Of a stretch of DNA of 45,308 nucleotides, positions 45,111 through 45,308 are shown piece after piece. The translations under genes were made by a program, and so were the position numbers. The notes beneath the pieces are model-generated. The model saw only the letters and a list, made by a program, of their open reading frames with translations, made no database searches and had not been told where the DNA came from. The stretch spans positions 1-45,308 of IMG/VR virus record IMGVR_UViG_3300037424_000558; one strand, written 5' to 3'. Position 1 is the first letter of the stretch. Every line of letters begins with the position of its first letter. The DNA is from a virus (lineage: Duplodnaviria; Caudoviricetes).

Positions 45111-45308
45111 AGATTAACCCATTAAGTCAAATTGATTTCTACAAGGCAGACCATAGGAGCCAATACCCTACAGGAACAGAACTTGTATTTAGCAACCTGA
45201 CCCCAAGAAAAAGTATCGATGGTAAAGTTGAGGACGTTGTTTTCTTTGGACTCCAATATTTCATAAAGGAATATTTGATGTTTAAGTGGAACAAATACTT
45301 CTTTGAGG
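45107..45308 (+). CDS. Nampt-family protein (Namat-like), 5' part, continues at base 1
   Basis: AAAGGAG RBS; MKINPLSQIDFYKADHRSQYP N-terminal NAMPT motif (D-x-YK-x-x-H-x-x-Q-YP). Confidence 0.92.
   Translation, partial: MKINPLSQIDFYKADHRSQYPTGTELVFSNLTPRKSIDGKVEDVVFFGLQYFIKEYLMFKWNKYFFE
45182..45308. repeat. Terminal direct repeat (127 bp), copy 2
   Basis: Identical to 1-127. Confidence 0.97.

Overview
The window is a complete, circularly permuted tailed-phage genome of about 45,181 bp. Bases 1-127 repeat exactly at 45182-45308, the typical assembler overlap. It has a lambda-like head (GpA terminase, lambda-type portal, ClpP-type protease/scaffold, gpD-like decoration protein, gpE capsid) and a Mu-like contractile tail, all on the minus strand. 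The plus strand carries a recombination/replication module (YqaJ exonuclease, SSB, RecT, P-loop helicase, ParB-N protein, SF2 helicase). A holin + M23 endolysin pair sits apart. I recognise no integrase. The SSB N-terminus suggests a spirochaete (Leptospira-like) host (inference). The standout feature is an array of about 5 kb crossing the circular junction (about 43492-45181 plus 1-3366). Small gene units there are separated by five attC-like palindromic sites (...AAC / GTT... cores with a GC-rich stem, multi-hairpin in four of the five), plus a truncated sixth. Four units carry their own unique 18-19-bp terminal inverted repeats with a fixed 2-nt mismatch, as expected for individually excisable gene cassettes. 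The largest unit encodes a Prs-like + Nampt-like pair (NARP1-type NAD+ reconstitution anti-defence pathway) and an unannotated RHH regulator. GGA-loop hairpins (CsrA-site-like) cluster near the cassette ends. This looks like a phage-borne, integrase-less, integron-like cassette array for accessory/anti-defence genes. All protein calls rest on motif recognition by eye; no database search was run.
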